A stretch of DNA of 64,000 nucleotides from a virus. The first letter of the stretch is position 1; each line of letters starts with the position of its first letter. The translations under genes were made by a program, and so were the position numbers. The DNA lies in the IMG/VR virus record IMGVR_UViG_3300021378_000010, positions 36,570 to 100,569 of that record. One strand, written 5' to 3'. Below the pieces are notes generated by a model, which was not told the DNA's origin, did no database searches, and worked only from the letters and a program-made list of their open reading frames with translations. Of the stretch, positions 38,720 to 46,765 are shown piece after piece.

Positions 38720-39120
38720 GACTCACATGTTCGACGTTTGATTTGCTGCACTCTGGACATATAATGATGCTGCGTGAAGCAAAATCTCACTGTAACTATC
38801 TTATAGTAGGACTTCAGACTGATCCAAGCATTGATAGGCCCGAAAAAAACAGTCCTGTACAAACTATCGTAGAAAGATATGTTCAACTTGCAGCTATAAA
38901 ATATGTTGACGAAATAGTGGTATACCAGACAGAGCAAGATTTACAAGATATTCTTGAAATGTTTCCAATCAACATTCGTATTCTTGGTGAAGAATATCGT
39001 GATAAAGATTTCACCGGTCGAGAAATATGCAAGAAGCGAGGTATTCAACTGTACTTCAACAAAAGAGATCATAGATTTTCTAGTAGTGGTCTTCGCAAAC
39101 GTGTAAACGAAATAAAATAA
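38683..39120 (+). CDS. Cytidylyltransferase (TagD-like); start uncertain
   Basis: FDLLHSGH, VGLQTD, YVDE, RFSSS. Confidence 0.88.
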   Translation: MERNLGSSKTIVGLTCSTFDLLHSGHIMMLREAKSHCNYLIVGLQTDPSIDRPEKNSPVQTIVERYVQLAAIKYVDEIVVYQTEQDLQDILEMFPINIRILGEEYRDKDFTGREICKKRGIQLYFNKRDHRFSSSGLRKRVNEIK

Positions 39121-39146
39121 ATAGCACTTTATAGAAAGGAATAAAC

Positions 39147-39581
39147 ATGGATAAAGAACAGCTTACATCGCAAATGAAGGTAATTTTGGCTACTAGCTTT
39201 TCATTATATCTCAAAGCTCATAACTATCATTGGAATGTTACAGGTCCTAATTTTGCTCAGTATCATGAGTTTTTTGGAGACATTTATACCGATGTTTGGG
39301 AATCGCTCGATACGACTGCAGAAGAGATTCGTAAACTTGGATCCTTTGCGCCAGGTTCTTTGGCGAGATATTTAGAAATCTCAAGAATTGAAGATGAAAT
39401 GAATATTCCTGAAGCTCCAGTTATGTTTCAAAGACTTGCAGCTGACAATGACAAACTTATTGGTCTTTTATATATGGCTCGCACTACAGCAGATGAAGTG
39501 AACGCAGCAGGAACACTTAACTATCTAGAAGGTCGTATTGACACACACGAAAAACATGGCTGGATGTTAAAAAGTTTCTAA
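39147..39581 (+). CDS. dps: Dps/ferritin-like protein
   Basis: HNYHWNVTG..F...HEFF...D..AE..R...HEKHGWML. Confidence 0.92.
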   Translation: MDKEQLTSQMKVILATSFSLYLKAHNYHWNVTGPNFAQYHEFFGDIYTDVWESLDTTAEEIRKLGSFAPGSLARYLEISRIEDEMNIPEAPVMFQRLAADNDKLIGLLYMARTTADEVNAAGTLNYLEGRIDTHEKHGWMLKSF

Positions 39582-39652
39582 AAATTGAATTTTTTTGTTG
39601 ACAAAGGCGCCGAATCAGTATAAATATAATCTATAGAATAAAGAGGAAACCT

Positions 39653-39742
39653 ATGAACCGCTCAATTATGAAAAACATTTATACCATGTATACATGCAAG
39701 CATGAACGCTTTTGCATGTCTGAGGGTTTTGGAAACGGTTAA
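39653..39742 (+). CDS. Putative attenuator leader peptide 1 (MNRSIMKNIYTMYTCKHERFCMSEGFGNG)
   Basis: SD GAGGA; TATAAATA at 39619; 3' end overlaps antiterminator strand; codons match array-1 tRNAs. Confidence 0.75.
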   Translation: MNRSIMKNIYTMYTCKHERFCMSEGFGNG

Positions 39743-39801
39743 CGAGTATAGTAAGTTAATAAGTTTCAAACCCTCCAGGCGAAAGTCTCGGAGGGTTTTT
39801 T
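39722..39801 (+). terminator. Attenuator 1: antiterminator 39722-39736/39763-39775 versus intrinsic terminator 39768-39801
   Basis: GAGGGTTTTGGAAAC pairs with GTTTCAAACCCTC; AAACCCTCC-AGGCGAAAGTCTC-GGAGGGTTT plus T run. Confidence 0.8.
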
Positions 39802-39849
39802 ATTTTATGGGTTGACATTCGGTAAGAATCAGTATAGATTAATAATATA

Positions 39850-40061
39850 AGGAATCAAGGTTCCTACGCTTTTTGAAAATTTAGAAGTGGCCTTAGGTTA
39901 GTCCGATGATAGGCTGGAAATAGAAATATTCTATTTTCACATGCACTATGTTACTGGTGGTACAACCTGTCCAGTAGTGATAGCGAGTTGACGAGGTTCG
40001 ATTCCTTGCTTGGATAAACGAAGGTTCGAATCCTTCCGTAGTGCAGTTGTAAATAGAATAT
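39850..40061 (+). promoter_or_regulatory. rrn-leader-like element: hairpin, boxA-like CGCTTTTTGAAAATT, long processing-type stem (39926-39948/40039-40061)
   Basis: Paralogous element at 54792-54960 with compensatory changes. Confidence 0.55.
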
Positions 40062-40146
40062 GGGAAGGTAAAGTCGGGGGTTCCGACACGCGGACTGTAA
40101 ATCCGTTCTTTAACCGGGAGAGGTTCGAGTCCTCACCTTCCCACCA
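40062..40146 (+). tRNA. tRNA-Tyr(GTA)
   Basis: Cloverleaf; GCGGA-CT-GTA-AA-TCCGT; CCA. Confidence 0.85.
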
Positions 40147-40151
40147 AACAC

Positions 40152-40227
40152 GGTGCTGTAGCTCAGTTGGTAGAGCAACGGACTCATATTCCGTGCGTCG
40201 TAGGTTCGATCCCTACTAGCACCACCA
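40152..40227 (+). tRNA. tRNA-Met(CAT), elongator-like
   Basis: ACGGA-CT-CAT-AT-TCCGT; CCA. Confidence 0.85.
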
Positions 40228-40228
40228 T

Positions 40229-40303
40229 GGCCCCATAGATTATGGGTTAGATCACTGCCCTTTCAAGGCGGAGAACTGGGTTCAAGTCCCAGTGGGGCTA
40301 CCA
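40229..40303 (+). tRNA. tRNA-Glu(TTC)
   Basis: CTGCC-CT-TTC-AA-GGCGG; CCA. Confidence 0.88.
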
Positions 40304-40370
40304 AAATAAAAGGTTGACATTCGTTCCGAATCAGTATAAATTGATATTATAAACAAATGGAGAATACAAT

Positions 40371-40532
40371 ATGACACTTTCTTTTGATCCACTCGATACG
40401 TATGTAAAAATGGTAATGGAAGTTTCTGACGAAACTCTTGTTCGTTTCTTTGACTCCATGGGTATTGACATCAATCTTGATGTTGATGTTGAAGACGAAG
40501 ATGAAGGTATTCTATACGATTGTGAGGCATAA
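40371..40532 (+). CDS. Small acidic hypothetical protein
   Basis: SD GGAG, early promoter; manual translation MTLSFDPLDTY... Confidence 0.55.
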   Translation: MTLSFDPLDTYVKMVMEVSDETLVRFFDSMGIDINLDVDVEDEDEGILYDCEA

Positions 40533-40813
40533 TGGTTAAGGTTCTTATATACGGCTCAAAAGAGCTTTATGACGATTCGTCTTATGAAGGACGAGCCGAA
40601 GCTGATATTGTTCTTTATAGAGATAAAGATGATACTTATCACGCGAGAAAGAACCGTACCCGTCGCTATATTGGAAAATATTTATATGGTGGTATGCTTG
40701 AACACGTTCTTAACCGGATTGAAAATGATGAATGGGAAGCCGATATGAAATCATATAAGCTTCAGCAGAAATATAAAGACCATCATTTAATCGAATTGAG
40801 TAAAAATGGCTGA
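40532..40813 (+). CDS. Hypothetical protein
   Basis: ORF track; translationally coupled. Confidence 0.65.
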   Translation: MVKVLIYGSKELYDDSSYEGRAEADIVLYRDKDDTYHARKNRTRRYIGKYLYGGMLEHVLNRIENDEWEADMKSYKLQQKYKDHHLIELSKNG

Positions 40814-41327
40814 TAGAAAATATCTCGTGTTTCTAGACATTGATGGCGTATTTACTTCGTCTCGTGTACATTATGCACACAACGCAGTTTATGAAATGTG
40901 GCACAGGTTTGACCCTGTTGCAGTTGACTTTATGAACAAAATCCATGATCGTTATCCAGTTCAATTTGTTTTGATCTCGACTTGGAAGAATTATCTTCGT
41001 AATGACGATAATCAAATCGAACATTGGATCCGTGCAGCATTTGCCAATTCTGGTTTTAGAGGTGATTTCCCGACAATGTGGAAAACCGATCCGGACAACC
41101 TTTGGGCTAACAAACCTTCGCCGTATGATCGTAGTCACGAGATCAAAGATTACCTCGAAGAGTACGCTTCTGACGTTCTTGATTATCTCATCTTTGATGA
41201 CAACGATTATGGATTTGAAAAAGTCTTAGGTAAGAAAAGACTTATCAGAACAGATCCTGAAAATGGATTACTCTATAAACACATGCAACGGGCCCAGAGC
41301 ATAATGGGTCAGTGGCACAAAAGATAA
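40806..41327 (+). CDS. HAD-domain protein (RNA-repair-associated HAD type)
   Basis: FLDIDGV, ISTW, EI..YL, IFDD, D...GL. Confidence 0.75.
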   Translation: MADRKYLVFLDIDGVFTSSRVHYAHNAVYEMWHRFDPVAVDFMNKIHDRYPVQFVLISTWKNYLRNDDNQIEHWIRAAFANSGFRGDFPTMWKTDPDNLWANKPSPYDRSHEIKDYLEEYASDVLDYLIFDDNDYGFEKVLGKKRLIRTDPENGLLYKHMQRAQSIMGQWHKR

Positions 41328-41328
41328 T

Positions 41329-41404
41329 GCTTCCGTAGCTCAGTGGACAGAGCAACCGGCTACGAACCGGTAGGTCGAGGGTTCAAATCCTTCCGGGAGT
41401 ACCA
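41329..41404 (+). tRNA. tRNA-Arg(ACG)
   Basis: ACCGG-CT-ACG-AA-CCGGT; CCA. Confidence 0.92.
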
Positions 41405-41406
41405 AT

Positions 41407-41482
41407 GCATCAGTAGCTCAGTTGGTAGAGCACATGGTTGAAGCCCATGGTGTCGGTGGTTCGATCCCTCCCTGATGCACCA
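41407..41482 (+). tRNA. tRNA-Phe(GAA)
   Basis: CATGG-TT-GAA-GC-CCATG; CCA. Confidence 0.9.
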
Positions 41483-41565
41483 ATTTTTAGTGTGTATGAA
41501 TTTTTCTATTGACATTCGTTTAGAATCAGTATATTCTAATAATGTAAGGAACGAAAGGAACTAAA

Positions 41566-41775
41566 ATGAAAACGATGTTTGGAACTACTCTTGTGCTTAC
41601 GGTCATTGCTTGGGTCTTTCTCTGGCCTCTCGTAGGGATCTGGGCTCTCAATACTCTGTTCGCTATGGGTATTGCTTATACATTCTGGAACTGGCTTGCT
41701 ATGATCGTTCTGACTGTATTCTTCGGTAGAGCTTCCCTCAAGGCAAACAAGGAAGTAAAGCTTCCCTCAAGGTAA
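41566..41775 (+). CDS. Small membrane protein
   Basis: Hydrophobic; early promoter and SD. Confidence 0.7.
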   Translation: MKTMFGTTLVLTVIAWVFLWPLVGIWALNTLFAMGIAYTFWNWLAMIVLTVFFGRASLKANKEVKLPSR

Positions 41776-41791
41776 ACAAGGACTAAAGAAA

Positions 41792-41956
41792 ATGAAACGA
41801 AAACCAAAGGTGCCTAAGGAACGAAACGAAGCTGTTTTTCAATTGGTTAAAAGAGCTGGTGCTGGTTCCGGTGTGCACGGTAAATCACAAAAAGCAGAAC
41901 GTAGGGCTGCTAAAGTTTCTCTACAACAAAAATGGACCCCTAGCTCAGTTGGTTAG
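41792..41956 (+). CDS. Small basic protein whose stop codon lies inside tRNA-Lys
   Basis: MKRKPKVPKERNEAVFQLVKRAGAGSGVHGKSQKAERRAAKVSLQQKWTPSSVG (manual translation). Confidence 0.55.
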   Translation: MKRKPKVPKERNEAVFQLVKRAGAGSGVHGKSQKAERRAAKVSLQQKWTPSSVG

Positions 41957-42010
41957 AGCAGCCGACTTTTAATCGGCAGGTCCTGAGTTCGAATCTCAGG
42001 GGGTTCACCA
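41934..42010 (+). tRNA. tRNA-Lys(TTT)
   Basis: GCCGA-CT-TTT-AA-TCGGC; CCA. Confidence 0.92.
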
Positions 42011-42126
42011 TTATTTTGATGATACACTACGGGCCCCGCGGAAAAGAATGTTATCCAGTTCGTCTGGTTCATGTAAAACAACACTTACCGCAAACAATAG
42101 TAGTGTATCTTCTAAGTAATGAATAT

Positions 42127-42201
42127 AGTGGTGTAGCTCAGTGGTAGAGCAAACCCCTGATAAGGGTTAGGTCGGTGGTTCGAATCCTTCAGGGAGTACC
42201 A
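42127..42201 (+). pseudogene. Chimeric tRNA-Ile(GAT) with unpaired acceptor stem
   Basis: 5' Ile body; 3' end AATCCTTCAGGGAGTACCA nearly identical to the tRNA-Arg(ACG) 3' end. Confidence 0.65.
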
Positions 42202-42278
42202 AAATAAACAGTTGACATTACCTAAGAATCAGTATATATTCATAATATAAGGTAAAACAAAACGCAACATGAGAACAC

Positions 42279-42446
42279 ATGATGAAAATCAAGACTAATC
42301 CTTTTATTGTTAGACATACTCAAAATACAGTTGAAGTTTGGCTAGGAGAACCCAATGAGCCAGAAAGCGAGTTTGTTCTTTGCTGTGATGCACAGCTGGT
42401 TCCTGCACTTATTGCAACACTAAAAAGCATCGGTTTTGCAAAATAA
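42279..42446 (+). CDS. Small hypothetical protein
   Basis: After early promoter at 42212; manual translation MMKIKTNPFIVRH... Confidence 0.5.
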   Translation: MMKIKTNPFIVRHTQNTVEVWLGEPNEPESEFVLCCDAQLVPALIATLKSIGFAK

Positions 42447-42753
42447 AACAGAAATGCTTTTAAGCGACAATATAGGCTGAGTTCAGTGTTTCTCGAGATA
42501 AACTGTTCCAGCACATCATCGCCCCGCCCTCCCACCGTGCGGCACCCGATGTAAAATATTGAGAATGAAGGAAGAAGATGATGAAACAAGATCTGAAACT
42601 TATTCGTCAAAAGATTCGTATTGCTAATAAACTTCCTGAGTCTAACCCTGTTGAATATAATCTGAAACAGGATATACTTAGACACTGGGAGATGGAGCGA
42701 CACATTCTGAAACAAGCTATAGAGATGGATCAGTTTGAACCGCAATAGAATAT

Positions 42754-42829
42754 GCGCCGGTAGCTCAGTGGCCAGAGCAGGGGACTCTTAATCCCAAGGT
42801 CGTGGGTTCGACTCCCACTCGGCACACCA
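42754..42829 (+). tRNA. tRNA-Lys(CTT)
   Basis: GGGA-CT-CTT-AA-TCCC; CCA. Confidence 0.88.
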
Positions 42830-42833
42830 AGAC

Positions 42834-42917
42834 GGTAGACGGCCCGGACGGTAAGGGGCGGGATTGCAAATCCCAGGCAGCGAAAGCTATGCGGTTCGAC
42901 TCCGCAGTCTACCTCCA
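42834..42917 (+). tRNA. tRNA-Cys(GCA) with long variable arm
   Basis: GGGA-TT-GCA-AA-TCCC; U73-CCA. Confidence 0.8.
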
Positions 42918-42923
42918 AATTTT

Positions 42924-42997
42924 TGTCTCATAGCTCAACGGTAGAGCAAACGGCTGATAACCGTTAGATGGGAGTTCGATTCTCCCTGAGACAACCA
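42924..42997 (+). tRNA. tRNA-Ile(GAT)
   Basis: AACGG-CT-GAT-AA-CCGTT; CCA. Confidence 0.88.
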
Positions 42998-43004
42998 TAA
43001 ATAA

Positions 43005-43079
43005 GCTGACTTGGTGTTAATGGTAGCACGGCTGTGTGGTATACAGTAAGAAGAGGCTCAATCCCTCTAGTCAGCACCA
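43005..43079 (+). tRNA. tRNA-Thr(GGT)
   Basis: GCTGT-GT-GGT-AT-ACAGT; acceptor GCTGACT/AGTCAGC; CCA. Confidence 0.78.
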
Positions 43080-43080
43080 T

Positions 43081-43155
43081 CCTGACGTAGTGATAATGGT
43101 AGCACACTGAGCTGTGGACTCGGTAGAGTTGGTTCGAAACCAGCCGTCAGGACCA
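43081..43155 (+). tRNA. tRNA-His(GTG), alphaproteobacterial type (no G-1, A73)
   Basis: CTGAG-CT-GTG-GA-CTCGG; CCTGACG/CGTCAGG-A-CCA. Confidence 0.85.
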
Positions 43156-43206
43156 ATAAATCACGATAAATAGTACTCAATGTATTATTCGTGAAAGGAA
43201 TAAAGA

Positions 43207-44070
43207 ATGAGCTGGTTTAAAAAGGCAACAAAAAGTGTTTCAAAAGCTGCAGATACTGTAACCAAAGAAACAACAAAAACTGTAAATGTTGTAGCGAATG
43301 AGACTACTAAGGTTACTAATACTGTGGTAAAAGAAACTATTAGCACTGCAAATGTAGTAGCAAAAGAAACTACAACGGTTGCTAAAACTGTAGCAAAAGA
43401 AACTACTAACGCTGCTAATGTAATCAAAAATACTACGATTGACGCAACGAGTGAAGTAAAGGTTGCTGCGACAAAGACTGCAATGGCTACTGCTAATGTT
43501 GCTAATGAAGCAATGGCTGACATCGAAGCTGGAGCAGTGTTAGCTGCAAAGGGTATGGAAGCTGGATTAGAAGCTGTAGAAGAAGCGGGTGAACTTATTG
43601 CTGAATGGGTAGAAGCAAACTACTGTCAGATCGGCGTAAGCGTTGCATTAGGTACAATCTTTGCAGCTCTATTGTATAGACCAGAACCTTCAAGCCAGGC
43701 TACTACAGTTGCTGCAACCGCTCCTCTTTCATCTACAGCGATACTTTATCTAGCTGCAAAAGAAACTGTTGGTGCAGTTGCTCTCGGTACCGCATGTGAT
43801 CTTACAGCACAAGCTTTCGTTGAACTTATCTGGATCTCTGGTGATATTCGTAAAGCAGTAGGTAACAAAAACAAAGAGCTTCTTACAGCTGCTATTGCAT
43901 TTACTTTATCAAAAAGTATTGACGCAGCCGCGGGTGCTATGGTAGTACCTCAAAGTTGTGCTGCTGTTGTAGCTGGAGTCGTTACTACTATCGTAGCTCA
44001 ACTTGCTTGTGAACAAACTCTGCCATCAGGTGCTAGAGAATGGGCAATGGCAGGGTCTAGTGGTCTATGA
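43207..44070 (+). CDS. Hypothetical protein with 11-residue N-terminal repeats and hydrophobic C-terminus
   Basis: (K/N)ET(T/I)xxxxxxx repeated about 5 times. Confidence 0.75.
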   Translation: MSWFKKATKSVSKAADTVTKETTKTVNVVANETTKVTNTVVKETISTANVVAKETTTVAKTVAKETTNAANVIKNTTIDATSEVKVAATKTAMATANVANEAMADIEAGAVLAAKGMEAGLEAVEEAGELIAEWVEANYCQIGVSVALGTIFAALLYRPEPSSQATTVAATAPLSSTAILYLAAKETVGAVALGTACDLTAQAFVELIWISGDIRKAVGNKNKELLTAAIAFTLSKSIDAAAGAMVVPQSCAAVVAGVVTTIVAQLACEQTLPSGAREWAMAGSSGL

Positions 44071-44288
44071 CAACGCAGGACAAAATAGTACTCATTCTTT
44101 CTTTAGGACTGATTCTATTACTTGTTGGCATAGTTGGTTTTGACTTTACTATAGCAATTCAAGAAGGTCGACCACCAGATGATAGTGTTATTGAATTGTT
44201 ACAAATGTCTATTACTGGAATTGTTGGTATAGTAGCTGGTTACCTTGCAGGTAAAAATAATAATGACGATGATGAAAATAATTGTTGA
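44067..44288 (+). CDS. Two-TM membrane protein
   Basis: Two hydrophobic helices; coupled start. Confidence 0.7.
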   Translation: MTTQDKIVLILSLGLILLLVGIVGFDFTIAIQEGRPPDDSVIELLQMSITGIVGIVAGYLAGKNNNDDDENNC

Positions 44289-44330
44289 CATTTGTAAGGA
44301 ATTGGATTATATTAATTATATAAAGAAAAT

Positions 44331-44398
44331 TGGATGATTACAGCAAAAACTCACGCTAAAAAACTTTTGATGTGTCTTAGCGGACAAACATCATCCAG
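44331..44398 (+). ncRNA. Stem-CAGCA (Y-RNA-like) ncRNA copy 1
   Basis: TGGATGAT-TACAGCAA...ATCATCCA-G. Confidence 0.65.
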
Positions 44399-44409
44399 AT
44401 AAAGAAAAT

Positions 44410-44487
44410 AGGATCGTTACAGCATTTCCTAGCTCAGGTAGAGCATTTGACTTGTAATCAAACGAAAAGCCGAAAGGCACGATCCTG
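44410..44487 (+). ncRNA. Stem-CAGCA ncRNA copy 2, with tRNA D arm and TGT anticodon arm
   Basis: AGGATCGT-TACAGCA...TAGCTCAGGTAGAGC-A-TTTGA-CTTGTAA-TCAAA...ACGATCCT-G. Confidence 0.7.
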
Positions 44488-44504
44488 AATATACTATGAA
44501 ACAT

Positions 44505-44587
44505 TGGTTTGTTTCAGCAAAAACTCGGATAAAAATCAAACTTCATAACTTTGATCGAATGGGTTCAAATCCCACCATACAAACCAG
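44505..44587 (+). ncRNA. Stem-CAGCA ncRNA copy 3, with anticodon-like and T arms
   Basis: TGGTTTGT-TTCAGCAA...TGGGTTCAAATCCCA...ACAAACCA-G. Confidence 0.65.
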
Positions 44588-44600
44588 AAAGGAATACACT

Positions 44601-46028
44601 ATGTCTTTTAAAAATGCAGCACTAAATATGAATAACGAAGCGGTAGCTCGTACTGAAAATGGTATGAGAGCTCGTAAGACTTCTGCCTCTGCAGTTCTTG
44701 ATTTTTTCGGTAAAGCTGGTTCCGCTCGTGGAACCGATATTACAAAAGATTTTATGTCTGCACTTGTAGACAACCAGGACCTCGCTGTTCGGGCTCTTCT
44801 TTGGACTCGTGACATTCGTGGTGGTGCTGGTGAACGTTCTCAGTTCCGTAATTTGCTTGCAAAGCTAGAGGCTTCCGACCCAACTCTAGCTGGTCGTTTG
44901 ATGGCACGAGTTCCTGAACTTGGCCGTTGGGATGATCTATTCGCTTACACTGATCCAATCAACCGTCGTAAGGCTTTTGAAATGATCCGTGAAGCACTGA
45001 CTATGAAGAATGGTCTATGCGCTAAGTGGATGCCTCGCAAAGGTTCTGTAGCTGTAGAACTTACTAAGTTTCTTAATCTGACTCCAAAGCAGTATCGTAA
45101 GTTGCTGGTTGGTCTAACTCAGGTTGTTGAAACTCAGATGTGTGCAAAGGAATGGGAAGCAATCAACTTCTCTCACGTTCCTTCTGTAGCATCTGCCCGC
45201 TACCAGAAAGCATTTGGTCGTAACGTTGGTGAAGCATATGGAGAATATCTTCGTGAACTCCAGAAGGCACCAGAGGATCGTAAAGATCCTAAAGTTAAGA
45301 TCAACGCAGCTGCAGTATATCCATACGATGTTGTGAAGTCTGTTACAAAGGGTAATGCGGCTGTTGCTAACGAACAGTGGAAGGCTCTGCCTAACTACGT
45401 TGGTGATGCTCGTATCATGCCGATGGTTGACGTATCTGGTTCTATGGGTAGACTTCGTTACAGTAGCGCTGGAACTGTTCAACCAATCGACGTAGCAATC
45501 TCTCTGGGTCTGTATCTGTCTGAAAAGAACACTTCTGATTTCAAGGACATGTTCCTGACTTTCAGTGGCAAGCCAAAGCTTGAAGTTCTCAAAGGCACTC
45601 TGTCTCAGCGTGTCGCACAGCTTGAGAAAGCACATTGGGACATGAACACTAACCTTCACGCAGCATTCGAAGAAATCCTTCGTGTTGCTAAGAAGGGTAA
45701 GGTTGCTCAAGCAGATATGCCTGAGATGCTGCTCATCCTCTCGGATATGCAGTTCGACAGCTGCACTCGCTTCGATGACTCTGCACAAGAGATGATCAAG
45801 CGTAAGTATGCTGAAGCAGGTTATGAAGTTCCTAAGATCGTATTCTGGAACCTTCGTGTATCAGGTACAGGTAACACTCCTGTTCGTTTCGATGATAAGG
45901 GTGTCTGCCACGTATCTGGTTTCAGCCCAGCAATCATGAAGGCAATTCTGTCTGTTGAAGAACTGGAAGACTTCACGCCGTTCAACGTGATGGTTAAGAC
46001 TCTTATGAGCGATCGTTACGATTACTAA
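44601..46028 (+). CDS. TROVE/Ro60-related vWA protein (DUF2828-like)
   Basis: TENG, RDIRGGAGER, GRWDDL, AKWMPR helical region; vWA DVSGSM, SDMQFD, FWNL; SD AAAGGA before ATG 44601. Confidence 0.8.
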   Translation: MSFKNAALNMNNEAVARTENGMRARKTSASAVLDFFGKAGSARGTDITKDFMSALVDNQDLAVRALLWTRDIRGGAGERSQFRNLLAKLEASDPTLAGRLMARVPELGRWDDLFAYTDPINRRKAFEMIREALTMKNGLCAKWMPRKGSVAVELTKFLNLTPKQYRKLLVGLTQVVETQMCAKEWEAINFSHVPSVASARYQKAFGRNVGEAYGEYLRELQKAPEDRKDPKVKINAAAVYPYDVVKSVTKGNAAVANEQWKALPNYVGDARIMPMVDVSGSMGRLRYSSAGTVQPIDVAISLGLYLSEKNTSDFKDMFLTFSGKPKLEVLKGTLSQRVAQLEKAHWDMNTNLHAAFEEILRVAKKGKVAQADMPEMLLILSDMQFDSCTRFDDSAQEMIKRKYAEAGYEVPKIVFWNLRVSGTGNTPVRFDDKGVCHVSGFSPAIMKAILSVEELEDFTPFNVMVKTLMSDRYDY

Positions 46029-46060
46029 GAGTTAGGCCTTCGGGCCTAGCCTCCAATCTT

Positions 46061-46196
46061 TGGATCATTTCAGCAACAAAACAGCTATGCATTGAAAGCA
46101 CGAGTTTGCAGGTTCGAGTCCTGCCTCCCCTACCATCTACAATTGAAGGGGAGTGGGCAAATGGTAAAGCCGCGTAAAAGCAAAAAGTTGATCCAG
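46061..46196 (+). ncRNA. Stem-CAGCA ncRNA copy 4, with circularly permuted tRNA domain (YrlA-like)
   Basis: T arm GCAGG-TTCGAGT-CCTGC, CTCCCCT-ACCA, linker, AGGGGAG, D arm, all inside TGGATCA/TGATCCA. Confidence 0.75.
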
Positions 46197-46218
46197 TTAA
46201 ACATTCAGGAGTTATATC

Positions 46219-46650
46219 ATGTCAGAACTACGTATTGAATCTTTCAAAAATGAATTTGACCAAACGATTAATCCCGGTGACGAAGTAGTATATGTAGCTA
46301 CTGGTTATTCCCATCAGGTAAGCGTAAATCGCGGCCGCTATCAGGGCTTGTGGTATAGCATTGTAACACGTACTCGTGAAGTAAAAGATGCCGACGGTAA
46401 CGTTGTAATGGAAGAACGCCACGGCCGACAGTATCCTAAGCGAGAATATTACACTGAGATGGCTCCTACGGCAGTTCGTCTTGATAATGTTCCAAAGGGG
46501 CATAAATACGTAGAAGTTTGGAACAAAGAAAAGCAACGCAAAGTCTGGACTAAAACAGATGAAATGCGTTATGGTACTACCACTCTTCCACGTAAACGAG
46601 TTTATAAGATTGGTACCTCGATGTTAGATTTCGCAGGTAACACTCTTTAA
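46219..46650 (+). CDS. Hypothetical protein
   Basis: SD AGGAG; ORF track. Confidence 0.7.
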   Translation: MSELRIESFKNEFDQTINPGDEVVYVATGYSHQVSVNRGRYQGLWYSIVTRTREVKDADGNVVMEERHGRQYPKREYYTEMAPTAVRLDNVPKGHKYVEVWNKEKQRKVWTKTDEMRYGTTTLPRKRVYKIGTSMLDFAGNTL

Positions 46651-46659
46651 TAAGAATTT

Positions 46660-46757
46660 AGGTTAGTTTCAGCAAACAAAAAATAGTTGGTTCGACTCCA
46701 ACACCACGCTCCATAATATCGCGTAGTGAGCCCATGGTGGGCAAACATGCTAACCTG
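46660..46757 (+). ncRNA. Stem-CAGCA ncRNA copy 5, with permuted T-acceptor-D domain
   Basis: AGGTTAG-TTTCAGCAA...GTTGG-TTCGACT-CCAAC...GCCC-ATGGT-GGGC...CTAACCT-G. Confidence 0.7.
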
Positions 46758-46765
46758 TAAAAATT

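Noticed and set aside
44496-44600. N-terminal extension of the 510-aa ORF
   Set aside because: Overlaps ncRNA copy 3; a good SD precedes ATG 44601.
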